64,000 nucleotides of DNA from Candidatus Omnitrophota bacterium. GTDB lineage: Bacteria; Omnitrophota; Gorgyraeia; Zapsychrales; Fredricksoniimonadaceae. Shown piece by piece: positions 38,330 to 47,650 of the stretch. The number at the start of each line of letters is the position of its first letter. Position 1 is the stretch's first letter. Under the pieces are notes generated by a model, which saw nothing but the letters and a program-made list of their open reading frames with translations, did no database searches and was not told the DNA's origin. The DNA lies in contig JAUSEK010000023.1 of assembly GCA_030650275.1 (NCBI GenBank), positions 34,189 to 98,188 of the forward strand, in the 5' to 3' direction. A program made the position numbers and the translations under genes.

Positions 38330-39285
38330 TGATGCCGGTTATCCGCGCGGATGAGAAAGTGACCTCTCTCGCGCTTCCCCAACCGTTCCTGGAACGCTTG
38401 CGTTCCATCATTCCAGTTCCCCTCTTGCCGCAGGTCGAGGGTTCTTTTTCTGCAAAGACCCACGCGGGACTTCGCGTCAATACCCTTAAGACCACGGTGC
38501 CGGAAGCGAAAGCATTCCTTAAAGGTATGGACATCTCCTGGCAGGAGGTGCCGTGGTGCTCCTACGCTTTGTGGGTGCCGGTACCATCGCTTAAGGAAAT
38601 TTTAGCGTCGTCGTGGGCTTCGGAAGGAAAATTGTACAGCCAGGGTGTTGAAAGCCAGATCCCGGTTTTGGTTTTGGATCCCAGGCCCGGGGAAACGGTT
38701 TTGGACTTATGCGCCGCGCCGGGCAGTAAGACGACACAGATCGCCGCTCATATGAACAATGAAGGCACGCTGGTGGCCAACGAACCGGTGCGGGACAGGT
38801 TTTTCCGGCTAAGATCCGTCGTGGACTTGATGGGCGCGCGGGTCACTCTCAAGATGGTGGACGGACAGCGTTTTGACGGCCGCGGGACCCTGTTCAACCG
38901 TATTTTGGTGGATGCCCCGTGCAGTTCGGAGGGCCGTTTTAACGTCCATGAACCCAAGACCACCCGGTATTGGAGTGTGCGAAAGGTCCATGAAATGGCG
39001 CACAAGCAAAAAGGCCTGCTCCTGAACGCCAGCCGTCTTTTAAAACCCGGCGGGATTTTGGTCTACGCCACGTGCACGTTCGCCGTGGAAGAAAATGAAG
39101 CGGTGGTGGACTGGTTATTGCGCAAGACACAAGGCCTCCTGTCTTTGGAGCCGGTCGCTTTGGACGGCGTGCCGTCTTATCTGGCCCAAACACCCGTCGC
39201 CCCTCAAGCGGCGCGCTGTTTAAGGGTATTGCCGGATGGGCGCATGGAAGGTTTTTTTACGGCCAAATTTGTTTTAACAGGTTAA
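38329..39285 (+). CDS. RsmB/RsmF (NOP2/Sun) family rRNA cytosine-C5 methyltransferase
   Basis: SAM motif LDLCAAPGSKT, catalytic region DAPCSSEG and TCT/ATCTF. Confidence 0.8.
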   Translation: MMPVIRADEKVTSLALPQPFLERLRSIIPVPLLPQVEGSFSAKTHAGLRVNTLKTTVPEAKAFLKGMDISWQEVPWCSYALWVPVPSLKEILASSWASEGKLYSQGVESQIPVLVLDPRPGETVLDLCAAPGSKTTQIAAHMNNEGTLVANEPVRDRFFRLRSVVDLMGARVTLKMVDGQRFDGRGTLFNRILVDAPCSSEGRFNVHEPKTTRYWSVRKVHEMAHKQKGLLLNASRLLKPGGILVYATCTFAVEENEAVVDWLLRKTQGLLSLEPVALDGVPSYLAQTPVAPQAARCLRVLPDGRMEGFFTAKFVLTG

Positions 39286-39323
39286 ATTCTTGACCATCCC
39301 GTGAATTTGTACGAAAATGACAC

Positions 39324-40088
39324 ATGATTTGCTTTCGGATATCCACTATGCGCCGCATGTTGTTTCTTTTATTTTTTGTCGTTTTTTATTCCCCTGCTAT
39401 TTTTGCCCAGCAAGGACCGTCAGAGAGCCTGACGCTGGACATTAACGTCGTCCAGATCGTGCTCAATGATGAACACCGCGACGGGGTGGACTGGGAGGCC
39501 ATTGTTTCGGATTTTCACGTACTCCCCTTAAAAAAAGAGGACAATTCTTTCTGGATGGATAAAAGATACCGTTTAAGCGCCGGCACCGTTTCCGCCGAGG
39601 ATTACGCGGTTTTGCTGGACGCTTTGGACACCGTCGGAAAGATGTCGCAGATCCCGCAGGAAAGCGTGCGCTTGACGATGGATGAACCCCTGGCTTCTAC
39701 TTTAAGTTTAGGCGAAGGCAAGGAGCAGACGGTACGGCTTGGACTGCGTTTTGCCTCTTCGGTCCATGCGGGCCCGTCCATCGTCATCGAGCCGGCCATC
39801 GGGGTGATCTTCAAAGACGGGGGCAAGCCGCCGGTGGCCCTGACCTTAAAGACCCAGACCCAGGCCGCGATCAAGGAAAACACGATCATTATCCTGGGCG
39901 GACTTACGGAGGAAACCGAGATCACCAAAATGCATAAATTCCCCATTTTGGGCAACCTGCCTTTGGTCGGTCTGGTTTTTCGTAACCAGGGCCGCTGGAT
40001 GCAAAAGACCGAGACCGTGATCTTTCTGATCCCGCGCGCGCAGGCCGTTGACGCAGAACAACCACAGCAGCCCCCTCAAACCCAATGA
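39324..40088 (+). CDS. short periplasmic protein carrying only a C-terminal secretin domain
   Basis: Signal peptide; C-terminal secretin motif IIILGGLTEETEITKMHKFPILGNLPLVGLVFRNQGRWMQKTETVIFLIPR. Confidence 0.5.
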   Translation: MICFRISTMRRMLFLLFFVVFYSPAIFAQQGPSESLTLDINVVQIVLNDEHRDGVDWEAIVSDFHVLPLKKEDNSFWMDKRYRLSAGTVSAEDYAVLLDALDTVGKMSQIPQESVRLTMDEPLASTLSLGEGKEQTVRLGLRFASSVHAGPSIVIEPAIGVIFKDGGKPPVALTLKTQTQAAIKENTIIILGGLTEETEITKMHKFPILGNLPLVGLVFRNQGRWMQKTETVIFLIPRAQAVDAEQPQQPPQTQ

Positions 40089-41128
40089 CAGTCCGTCTTT
40101 TAAAGGCGATGGCATGTTCATGTCTTTTGTTTTTCGTCAGCGGTTGTGCCACTGTGCCCCTGCCCGTGAGCGCGCCGTTGCCGGGAGTGTCATTGAACAG
40201 CGTGTGCGACCGTTATGGCGTGGCCTGGGAATTTGACGGTGTAACACAGGTGGTCCTGTTGGAATACAAAGGGGCCATGGCCAAAGCGCTCGTCGGAAGT
40301 CCGGTGGTCTTAGTCGGCAAGGAAAAGGTCATCTTAAGCGCGCCCTTGCGCCGCCGGCAGAGCGTTATTTACGTACCGGAGGATTTTGAGTCCAGGGTCC
40401 TGGCGCCTTTTGGAGTGGTGCTGGGACGCAGGGGGCTGGTCGCCGACATGTCGATGTCTAAGGTCCGCACCATTGTGGTCGATGCGGGCCACGGCGGCAG
40501 AGATCCGGGTGCCACCGGAACGACCGGCACTAAAGAAAAGAACGTGGTCCTGGACATCGCCAAACGATTGAGGGGCCTGCTGGAAGGGGCCGGTTTCAAG
40601 GTCATCATGACGCGCACCCGTGATGAATTTATACCGCTCGCCGATCGCACCGTGATCGCGTCCCGGCCGGACATTGATCTTTTCGTCAGCATTCATGCCA
40701 ACTCCAATCCGTCGGCCAAGACCAGGGGGGTGGAGACCTATTACGTCAAGACCGTTGACCAGAAAGACCTGGACGAGGACCAGCGTCAGAGGAATGAAAA
40801 GGTCTTTGCCAGAAGTTTGAACATGGAATATTCGCCGCTGTTGGCCGGCATCGTCGCGCAGATGATGTACGACCACAAGATCGGCGAATCCCGCAAACTC
40901 GCCGAAGAGATAGCCCGCGGCGTTTCCCGCGATGTGAGCGTTCCCAACCGCGGGGCAAGGGCCTCCCGGTTTTTTGTCGTGCGCAACACCATCACTCCGG
41001 CCGTCCTGGTTGAAACGGGGTTTTTGACCAATGCCCGGGAAGAAGAAAAACTTAATTCCGGCGGATACCGTCAGCGCATGGCCGAAGCCATCACCCGCAG
41101 CATCATTGATTATGCCACAGCCCTTTAG
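40085..41128 (+). CDS. N-acetylmuramoyl-L-alanine amidase (AmiC-like, AMIN plus Amidase_3)
   Basis: Lipoprotein-like signal; Amidase_3 motifs VVDAGHGGRDPGA and SIHANS. Confidence 0.8.
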   Translation: MTVRLLKAMACSCLLFFVSGCATVPLPVSAPLPGVSLNSVCDRYGVAWEFDGVTQVVLLEYKGAMAKALVGSPVVLVGKEKVILSAPLRRRQSVIYVPEDFESRVLAPFGVVLGRRGLVADMSMSKVRTIVVDAGHGGRDPGATGTTGTKEKNVVLDIAKRLRGLLEGAGFKVIMTRTRDEFIPLADRTVIASRPDIDLFVSIHANSNPSAKTRGVETYYVKTVDQKDLDEDQRQRNEKVFARSLNMEYSPLLAGIVAQMMYDHKIGESRKLAEEIARGVSRDVSVPNRGARASRFFVVRNTITPAVLVETGFLTNAREEEKLNSGGYRQRMAEAITRSIIDYATAL

Positions 41129-41927
41129 TTCCGACGCTCCCATTGGTGTCTTTGATTCCGGTCTCGGCGGCCTGACCGTGGTCAAGGAGATCACCCATGC
41201 CCTGCCCAATGAGCGGGTGGTGTATTTCGGGGACACCGCGCATGTGCCTTACGGCAACAAGTCCAAAGAAACCATCATCCGTTTTGCGACCCGGATCGTC
41301 ACCATCCTTTTGAAATACAAGGTCAAGATGGTGGTGGTGGCCTGCAATACCGCCTCCAGTTTGGCCCTGGAGACCCTTCAAAGGAAATTTTCCGTGCCCA
41401 TCGTCGGGGTCATCGAGCCCGGCGCCCGCAAAGCGGCCGTATCAACAAGGAACAAAAAAGTCGGTATCATTGCTACCCAGAGCACGATCAAAAGCGGACG
41501 CTATGTCCGCAAGATCCTCGAGCTTGACGGGCGCATCATGGTCACCAGCAAGGCCTGCCCGCTGTTCGTGCCTTTGGTTGAGGAGGGGTGGTTTGACCAC
41601 CCGGTGACCGTTTCGGTCGCGCAAGAATATTTAAAGGACATGAAGAGGGCCAAGGTGGACACTCTTATTTTGGGCTGTACCCATTACCCGCTGTTAAAAG
41701 GGGTGCTGGGCCGTGTCGTCGGGCCCAAGGTCAACCTGGTGGATTCCGCCACGGAAGTGGCGGGTGCCGTGAAAGACATCCTCGTTCGCAAAGGACTGCT
41801 GCGCATGGCCCTTAAGCCCGCCCGCCACACCTATCTGGTCAGCGACGAGCCGGAATTGTTCAAACGCCTGGCCGTCCGATTTTTAGGCAACAGCGTCAAG
41901 AATGTCCAAAGGTACCGCGATGTTTGA
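41112..41927 (+). CDS. murI: glutamate racemase
   Basis: VFDSGLGGLTV and LGCTHYPLL active-site cysteine regions; ATG 41112 (table start 41031 overlaps amidase). Confidence 0.85.
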   Translation: MPQPFSSDAPIGVFDSGLGGLTVVKEITHALPNERVVYFGDTAHVPYGNKSKETIIRFATRIVTILLKYKVKMVVVACNTASSLALETLQRKFSVPIVGVIEPGARKAAVSTRNKKVGIIATQSTIKSGRYVRKILELDGRIMVTSKACPLFVPLVEEGWFDHPVTVSVAQEYLKDMKRAKVDTLILGCTHYPLLKGVLGRVVGPKVNLVDSATEVAGAVKDILVRKGLLRMALKPARHTYLVSDEPELFKRLAVRFLGNSVKNVQRYRDV

Positions 41928-42282
41928 AGTGACGGTCAAAGACCATGTCGCCTCCGCCCACCGGCTGGCAGGGTATGAAGGTCCCTGCAAGGACCTGCAC
42001 GGCCACACCTGGCATGTGGAGATTGCCGTCGTCGGGGACCAATTGGATGCGGTGGGCCTGCTTGCGGATTTTAAGGTCCTGAAGAAAAAATTGAAGGATG
42101 TCCTGGATCCTCTGGACCACGCGTATTTGAACGATCTGCCCGCTTTCAAGGGCGTTAATCCCACCACCGAGAACCTGGCCCGCCACGTTTATCGTGCCTT
42201 GGCCCCGGCTGTCAGGCCGCTGAAACTCAAGCACGTGCGCGTATGGGAAAGCGAAACCGCCAGCGTGATTTATTATGAATAA
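41920..42282 (+). CDS. queD: 6-carboxy-5,6,7,8-tetrahydropterin synthase
   Basis: PTPS fold motifs (HRLAGYEGPCKDLHGHTWHVE); overlaps murI stop. Confidence 0.8.
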   Translation: MFEVTVKDHVASAHRLAGYEGPCKDLHGHTWHVEIAVVGDQLDAVGLLADFKVLKKKLKDVLDPLDHAYLNDLPAFKGVNPTTENLARHVYRALAPAVRPLKLKHVRVWESETASVIYYE

Positions 42283-42991
42283 AGCAGTTGTCTTATTGTC
42301 CGGGGGGCTTGATTCCTCGACGACGTTATATCATGCCCTTCAAAAAGGGTATGCCTGTCATTGCCTGGTCTTTGATTACGGCCAGAGGCATAAGAAGGAA
42401 ATACGTTCTGCTGTTGCCGTAGCCAAGGCCGCCGGTTGTCCCTATGAGATCGTCCGCATCGGCTTACCGTGGAAAGGCTCCGCCTTGCTGGACAAAAAAG
42501 TCAAGGTCCCCGAGGGCCGGCGTCTGGATGCCAAAGATATCCCCGTGACCTATGTTCCTGGCCGGAACATCATTTTTTTAAGTTTCGCCGCTTCTTTTGC
42601 CGAGGCCGTGGGGGCCGGGGTCATTTTCATCGGGGCCAATGCCGTGGATTACTCGGGCTATCCTGATTGCCGTCCGGAGTTTTTCAAGGCCTATGCCGGA
42701 GTGCTGGCGCGCGGGCTTAAGGCCTGTGTTGAGGGACGGACGATCAAGGTTGAGACGCCGCTCATTCATTTGAGCAAATCACAGATCGTGCGCCTGGCCC
42801 AACGGCTGAAGGTGCCCACCCATCTGACATGGTCGTGTTATCAAGGCGGACAAAAACCCTGCGGCGTATGCGATAGCTGCCGTTTACGAGCCAAGGGTTT
42901 TGCAGGGTCGGGATTGCAAGATTCATGCGTGGTGCGGGTGACTTCGGTGGGGGCCCCCCGGCGCGCGCAGGAACGAGCACGACGGGGGTGA
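42275..42991 (+). CDS. queC: 7-cyano-7-deazaguanine synthase
   Basis: PP-loop LLSGGLDSST and zinc-cysteine cluster CGVCDSCRLR; C-terminal ~30 aa read into the inverted-repeat element. Confidence 0.85.
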   Translation: MNKAVVLLSGGLDSSTTLYHALQKGYACHCLVFDYGQRHKKEIRSAVAVAKAAGCPYEIVRIGLPWKGSALLDKKVKVPEGRRLDAKDIPVTYVPGRNIIFLSFAASFAEAVGAGVIFIGANAVDYSGYPDCRPEFFKAYAGVLARGLKACVEGRTIKVETPLIHLSKSQIVRLAQRLKVPTHLTWSCYQGGQKPCGVCDSCRLRAKGFAGSGLQDSCVVRVTSVGAPRRAQERARRG

Positions 42992-43016
42992 CCGAAGACA
43001 GGACCCGCCCTTAGTG
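42938..43016 (+). repeat. left copy of ~80-bp inverted repeat flanking queE
   Basis: GTGACTTCGGTGGGGGCCCCCCGGC...GGGGGTGACCGAAGACAGGACCCGCCCTT; reverse complement matches 43721..43800 at about 90% identity. Confidence 0.75.
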
Positions 43017-43017
43017 A

Positions 43018-43716
43018 TTGGACAAAATGAACGCAAAAATCATGGAAATATTCCCGTCGGTGCAGGGAGAAGGTACATATGCCGGAGTACGGCAAGTATT
43101 TGTCCGTTTCTTCGAATGTAATATGCACTGCACGTGGTGTGATACGCCCAATTCCATCGGCGACACCGTGCGCAATTATCAGGAGATGGGGCCGGATGAA
43201 GTTGAGGCCAAGGTCCGCGCCTGCGCGTCCGGATGCCACTCGGCGAGTTTGACCGGAGGCGAACCGCTGCTGCACAAGGACTTTATCCGGGCGTTCGCGC
43301 CCCGTTTAAAAGCCATGGGCCTGAAAAATTATCTGGAAACCAATGGCACCCTTCCTGATGCTTTGGCCGAAGTGATCGATGTCATGGACATCATCGCCAT
43401 GGACATCAAACTGCCCAGTTCAACGAAAGAAAAGCCGTTCTGGCAGGAACATAAGGATTTTTTGCGCATCGCCCGGCGCAAAGAGGTGTTCATCAAGACG
43501 GTCATCACCAATGATACGGAGGCCTCCGACGTGCGGCAAGCCGCCCTGCTCGTGGCCGGCGTTGACGCGTGCATCCCGTTCATCCTTCAGCCCAATTATT
43601 TTGAAATGAAGCAGGGCGTCGTGGCCAAATGCGGGGACCTGGCAAAAGAGTGTGCAAAAATTTTGAGCGATGTTAGAATACTGCCCCAGATCCACAAATT
43701 CATGAAATTAAGATAA
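43018..43716 (+). CDS. queE: 7-carboxy-7-deazaguanine synthase (radical SAM)
   Basis: CNMHCTWCDT radical-SAM cluster motif; 232 aa. Confidence 0.85.
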   Translation: MDKMNAKIMEIFPSVQGEGTYAGVRQVFVRFFECNMHCTWCDTPNSIGDTVRNYQEMGPDEVEAKVRACASGCHSASLTGGEPLLHKDFIRAFAPRLKAMGLKNYLETNGTLPDALAEVIDVMDIIAMDIKLPSSTKEKPFWQEHKDFLRIARRKEVFIKTVITNDTEASDVRQAALLVAGVDACIPFILQPNYFEMKQGVVAKCGDLAKECAKILSDVRILPQIHKFMKLR

Positions 43717-43720
43717 TGGC

Positions 43721-43800
43721 AAGGGCGGGTCCTGTCTTCGGTCACCCCCGTCGGTGCTCGCACCAGCTGCGCGCCGCCGGGGGGCCCCCACCGAAGCCAC
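43721..43800 (+). repeat. right copy (inverted) of ~80-bp repeat flanking queE
   Basis: AAGGGCGGGTCCTGTCTTCGGTCACCCCCG...CCGGGGGGCCCCCACCGAAGCCAC. Confidence 0.75.
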
Positions 43801-43826
43801 CCGCACCACGCCATAGGAAGGAAGGA

Positions 43827-44216
43827 ATGAAAAGCTCCTACGAAGGCCTGCAAAAGAACATCCGCAAATTGAAGACCCCGGCCATCGAGGTGTGGGACAA
43901 TCAATATCCCGACCGCGATTATACGGTGGACATTGCCATCCCGGAATTCACCTGCATCTGTCCCAAGACAGGTCTGCCGGATTTCGCCACCATCAACATC
44001 AGTTACAAGCCCGCCAAGACCTGCCTGGAATTAAAATCTTTGAAGATGCATTGCGTGTCCTACCGTAGCGTGGGCATCTTCCACGAACATCTGGCCAATA
44101 AATTTTTGGATGATTGTGTCAGGGCCTGCCATCCGCGCTGGATGAAAATAGAGGTCGTGATGAACCCGCGCGGCGGCATCGCTACGACCGTGACCGCGGA
44201 GTATGCATACACGTAG
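43827..44216 (+). CDS. queF: NADPH-dependent 7-cyano-7-deazaguanine reductase (type I, single-domain)
   Basis: ATG 43827 with SD AGGAAGGA; QueF motif EFTCICPKTGLPDFA; table start 43716 is read-through of the repeat. Confidence 0.85.
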   Translation: MKSSYEGLQKNIRKLKTPAIEVWDNQYPDRDYTVDIAIPEFTCICPKTGLPDFATINISYKPAKTCLELKSLKMHCVSYRSVGIFHEHLANKFLDDCVRACHPRWMKIEVVMNPRGGIATTVTAEYAYT

Positions 44217-44820
44217 AGGTGCCGTGAAAGAATTGATCGTCGCGTCCCGCAACAAAGGCAAGGTCAATGAGATCAAGGAATTGTTGGCCGACCTGCCCGT
44301 CAAAGTCACATCTCTCCTGGATTATCCTAAGATTTCCGACGTGGTCGAGGACGGAAAGACCTACAAGGCCAATGCGTTAAAGAAAGCCGTGGCCGTCGCC
44401 AAAGCCACCGGCAAGATGGCCTTGGCCGACGATTCCGGCATAGAAGTTGCGGCGCTGGGGAATGCGCCGGGGATCTACTCCTCGCGTTTTGCGGGCAAGG
44501 GGGCCGGTGAGAAAGACAAAAACCGAAAATTATTTGAAATGCTTCAAGGCATGCCGATGTCCAAACGCCGGGCGCGTTACCGTTGCGTTGTTGCCCTGGT
44601 GGATGGCAAGGCCAAAGAGATCAGCGTTGCGCAGGGGACATGCGGCGGGTATATCACTACAGAAGAGCGCGGTACCAATGGTTTCGGTTTTGACCCGGTT
44701 TTTCTTTTAAAACGTTACGGCAGGACCTTTGGGGAATTATCACCGTCTTTAAAAGCAAAGATATCCCACCGCGCGCGGGCGCTCAAAAAGATCAAGGACG
44801 TCATTCAAAGATCGATTTGA
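44203..44820 (+). CDS. rdgB: non-canonical purine NTP pyrophosphatase (RdgB/HAM1)
   Basis: Ham1 motifs (ASRNKGKVNE, FGFDPVF). Confidence 0.8.
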   Translation: MHTRRGAVKELIVASRNKGKVNEIKELLADLPVKVTSLLDYPKISDVVEDGKTYKANALKKAVAVAKATGKMALADDSGIEVAALGNAPGIYSSRFAGKGAGEKDKNRKLFEMLQGMPMSKRRARYRCVVALVDGKAKEISVAQGTCGGYITTEERGTNGFGFDPVFLLKRYGRTFGELSPSLKAKISHRARALKKIKDVIQRSI

Positions 44821-47482
44821 GGATGGTGTTGATGACCCTGGGGACGGAGATCTTTCTGTCAAACTTCGGGTTGGTGATCTTATCGTAGATATGCACGGTT
44901 AAGGTCTGAAGCACGTCCTGGGCGATGGGCGGCACTATTCCGCTGGTCATGTCCACCACGATCGTCAGATCGCAGATCTGGTCAAAATCCACCCACCCCT
45001 GGCCCAGCAGGACGATGGTCGGGCTTTTCATGCGCAGATTGTCCGTCATGATCTTCCGGTCCTTGACCGTAAAATTGCCCTCCACGTCGGTGATCATCAA
45101 CTGGCCCAGGCGCAGGGCTTCGTTGAGAACATCCAAAAGCCCTTTGAATATTTTGAATTCCGTTAAGAAGCCCTCCCGAATGGCCAAAGACCCTTTGGCC
45201 TCCAGACCTTTGATATCAGACAGCATCCCCTTGGACAACATGGTCATGTAAAACTTGCCGTTGATCTCTTCCGCCTTGAGGTTGGGGATGTCATTTTTAA
45301 GTTTATGCAGGTCCAGCCCGTCAATGTTCAAGGCCAGATCAAAGGGGATACCCGCGCCGTTCAGGTCGCCTGAACCCACGGCATGGAGCTTTCCATCATA
45401 GACATTGGCGTCCGCCGTCAGGTTGCTGATCGTTCCTTCGCGCTGGCCGACGGTGATGTGAAGGTCATTGGCCGTGTACCCCAAAATGGAAACGGACGCG
45501 CTTTGGAGGGTGGCATCGGTGGTCCAACGTTTCCAGTCCGGTACCGGGCCTTTGATGGCCGCGTTGACATTGAGGGTGCCGGACGGTTTAAGCGCCTCAA
45601 AGGCCTTTTTTTGTTCTTCGGGCAAAAGAACGGCAACGTCTTCCAGACGAAAAGTCATTGTGGTGTTAATGTTCAGGACCGGCGGATCGGCTGGCGACAG
45701 GACGGCATTGCCGCTGGCGCCAAAGGCGATGTTCAAATATTTTCCGGTCAATTCATTGATGGTCAGGGTGTCCCCGTTTTTGCGGATATCAACTTTTAAC
45801 TGCACGTCTGCTCCGTCCAGCGTGGTTTTGATGACGGGATCCTTGAAATCATTAAGGCCTCCGGTCAACGTGTAGGCCTTGCCCAGATAAGTCCCGGTAA
45901 AATTGTTCCATGTCAGCGCGTCGGGGGCGCCATCCAGGTGTCCGGAGATGCCCGTGACGCTCTGGTTGAATGTTTTGCTGGCCACGTTCACGCCGGCAAG
46001 TTCGGCCGTGGCTTTGATCTTCGCGCTTGAGGGGTCCCCGGCAAGACCCTCGAATTGCACCTGGAACGATGCTGTTCCGCTGACTTCAAGCCCGTACTGA
46101 TCCATGATCTGAGGGAACGCATCTTTGAGTTTGGCAAGGTTGATCCTGTCCGCTCCTGCCCGGATGTTCAGGACAGGCGTCTTGAAATTCAATACTGTTC
46201 CCGTTGCTTTGATGTCGGTGTCCAATACCTGAAGGACAAGGCTTTTGATGGTCAGTTCATCGGTTTTGAACGCGGCGTCGAGGCTGATGTTCTTGAATGG
46301 CGCGAAGGGGAAACCGTTGGCCTGGCCATCAGCCACGCTCACGTGCCCGGTATAGGTCAAGGCCTGCGGGTCTTTCAGGGGATAAGAGGCCTCGACGTTC
46401 ATGGTGATGTTGCCGGTCAAGGACTGTTGTGCGTCAAGGACAACGGCGGCATTGTCCGCCTTGATGTCCGTCAGCATTTCAATGCTGCGCTCATTTTTCA
46501 TTTGGATGATCAGCGGCTTCAGGGTGAAGTTCCCGCGGACTGTTTGAGCGTCCATCCGGATATCCGTATTCTTTGTCGTCATGGTCGCGGTGATCTGAAG
46601 ACCGTTTTTGTCCTGACGGGCCTTAATGTCTTCTAAAGCGACGTCGCTTTTGATGCTTTGGTCTTTAAAGGAAACATCCAGGCCTTTGAGGGCCGCGTTG
46701 GCGCGCACGGTGAGGGTGTTCCCGCCATGGTCAATGCTCAATTGGACTTTCTCGACGGTGCCGGCCTTCCATGACAGCCCCTCAACGGGAGGCAGGAAGC
46801 GCAGGTATTCGGCGGGGCGGATGTTCTTGAGATCAACGTCCGCGTGCAGGTCCTGGTTGAGCGGCTGATAATACCCACGGGTGGTGACCAGGCCCTGTGT
46901 CCGGGGTAAAGAGGCCGACACATCAAAAGCAATGCCTTTGTAAGACAGGGATATTTTCAGGTTGAGGTTGCCTAGAATTTCCGTCCAGTTACGGCCGTTG
47001 GAAACATCATTGATGCGGACCTGTCCATTGCTGATATTGATCCCGGTCACGGTCACGGCCACAGGCGGCCCCCCAGCCGGCGGCGCAAGGAGGTCGCTGA
47101 AATTCCATTCATCCACCCCTCGACGTATGATATGCACAAAGGGATGTTCCAGGTTGATAAACGGGATGGTGACCTTGTATTGTTTGGCCCCGGGGATGAC
47201 AATGAGGCCGAAGGACAGGCGATCGGCTTGCAGGAAGACCTGATCTTGCGAGCCCTTTTGGTAAACCTTGAGTTTTTCGACGATAAATCCTTTGACCCAG
47301 TTGAAATGCAGGGCTTCGAATTCAACTTTGCGTTTGAGGAACGCCTCGGCCTGGGAGGTGACGAATTTCTTGGCCTGGACCGGGAGGATGACGCGGTTCA
47401 CGTAGACCGTCAGCGCGGTCAGGAAAAAGACGACGGCGGCAATGATGATCAGGGGCTTTTGCCACTTCATAAGCACCGGCAT
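44801..47482 (-). CDS. AsmA-family outer-membrane biogenesis protein (about 890 aa)
   Basis: N-terminal TM anchor (KPLIIIAAVVFFLTALTVYV) then long beta-rich AsmA/TamB-like body; table start 47551 runs through the tRNA-Pro gene, real start at 47482 or 47470. Confidence 0.6.
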   Translation of the reverse strand: MPVLMKWQKPLIIIAAVVFFLTALTVYVNRVILPVQAKKFVTSQAEAFLKRKVEFEALHFNWVKGFIVEKLKVYQKGSQDQVFLQADRLSFGLIVIPGAKQYKVTIPFINLEHPFVHIIRRGVDEWNFSDLLAPPAGGPPVAVTVTGINISNGQVRINDVSNGRNWTEILGNLNLKISLSYKGIAFDVSASLPRTQGLVTTRGYYQPLNQDLHADVDLKNIRPAEYLRFLPPVEGLSWKAGTVEKVQLSIDHGGNTLTVRANAALKGLDVSFKDQSIKSDVALEDIKARQDKNGLQITATMTTKNTDIRMDAQTVRGNFTLKPLIIQMKNERSIEMLTDIKADNAAVVLDAQQSLTGNITMNVEASYPLKDPQALTYTGHVSVADGQANGFPFAPFKNISLDAAFKTDELTIKSLVLQVLDTDIKATGTVLNFKTPVLNIRAGADRINLAKLKDAFPQIMDQYGLEVSGTASFQVQFEGLAGDPSSAKIKATAELAGVNVASKTFNQSVTGISGHLDGAPDALTWNNFTGTYLGKAYTLTGGLNDFKDPVIKTTLDGADVQLKVDIRKNGDTLTINELTGKYLNIAFGASGNAVLSPADPPVLNINTTMTFRLEDVAVLLPEEQKKAFEALKPSGTLNVNAAIKGPVPDWKRWTTDATLQSASVSILGYTANDLHITVGQREGTISNLTADANVYDGKLHAVGSGDLNGAGIPFDLALNIDGLDLHKLKNDIPNLKAEEINGKFYMTMLSKGMLSDIKGLEAKGSLAIREGFLTEFKIFKGLLDVLNEALRLGQLMITDVEGNFTVKDRKIMTDNLRMKSPTIVLLGQGWVDFDQICDLTIVVDMTSGIVPPIAQDVLQTLTVHIYDKITNPKFDRKISVPRVINTILKSIFE

Positions 47483-47492
47483 TCTGTTAAGA

Positions 47493-47566
47493 TCGGGGGA
47501 CAGGGATTCGAACCCTGGACCTCTTGCTCCCAAAGCAAGCGCGCTAGCCAACTGCGCTATCCCCCG
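47493..47566 (-). tRNA. tRNA-Pro (anticodon UGG)
   Basis: Manual fold of reverse complement: 7-bp acceptor CGGGGGA/UCCCCCG, D stem GCGC, anticodon stem CUUGC/GCAAG, loop UUUGGGA, T stem CAGGG/CCCUG, discriminator A; CCA not encoded. Confidence 0.85.
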
Positions 47567-47650
47567 TCGTGAAGCAGATAAATCAGTATTTTTTAGTATA
47601 CCATGTTAAAACATTGAAATCAAAACGAAGGTCTATATAATAGAGGCATC

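Noticed and set aside
43716-43826. Long N-terminal extension of QueF (table start 43716)
   Set aside because: The extension is read-through of the right inverted-repeat element (translation GPVFGHPRR..., mirrored in an antisense ORF at the left repeat). An SD plus ATG at 43827 gives a standard single-domain QueF.
47483-47551. N-terminal extension of the AsmA-family ORF to 47551
   Set aside because: This segment is the tRNA-Pro gene on the same strand; the CDS must start at 47482 or 47470.
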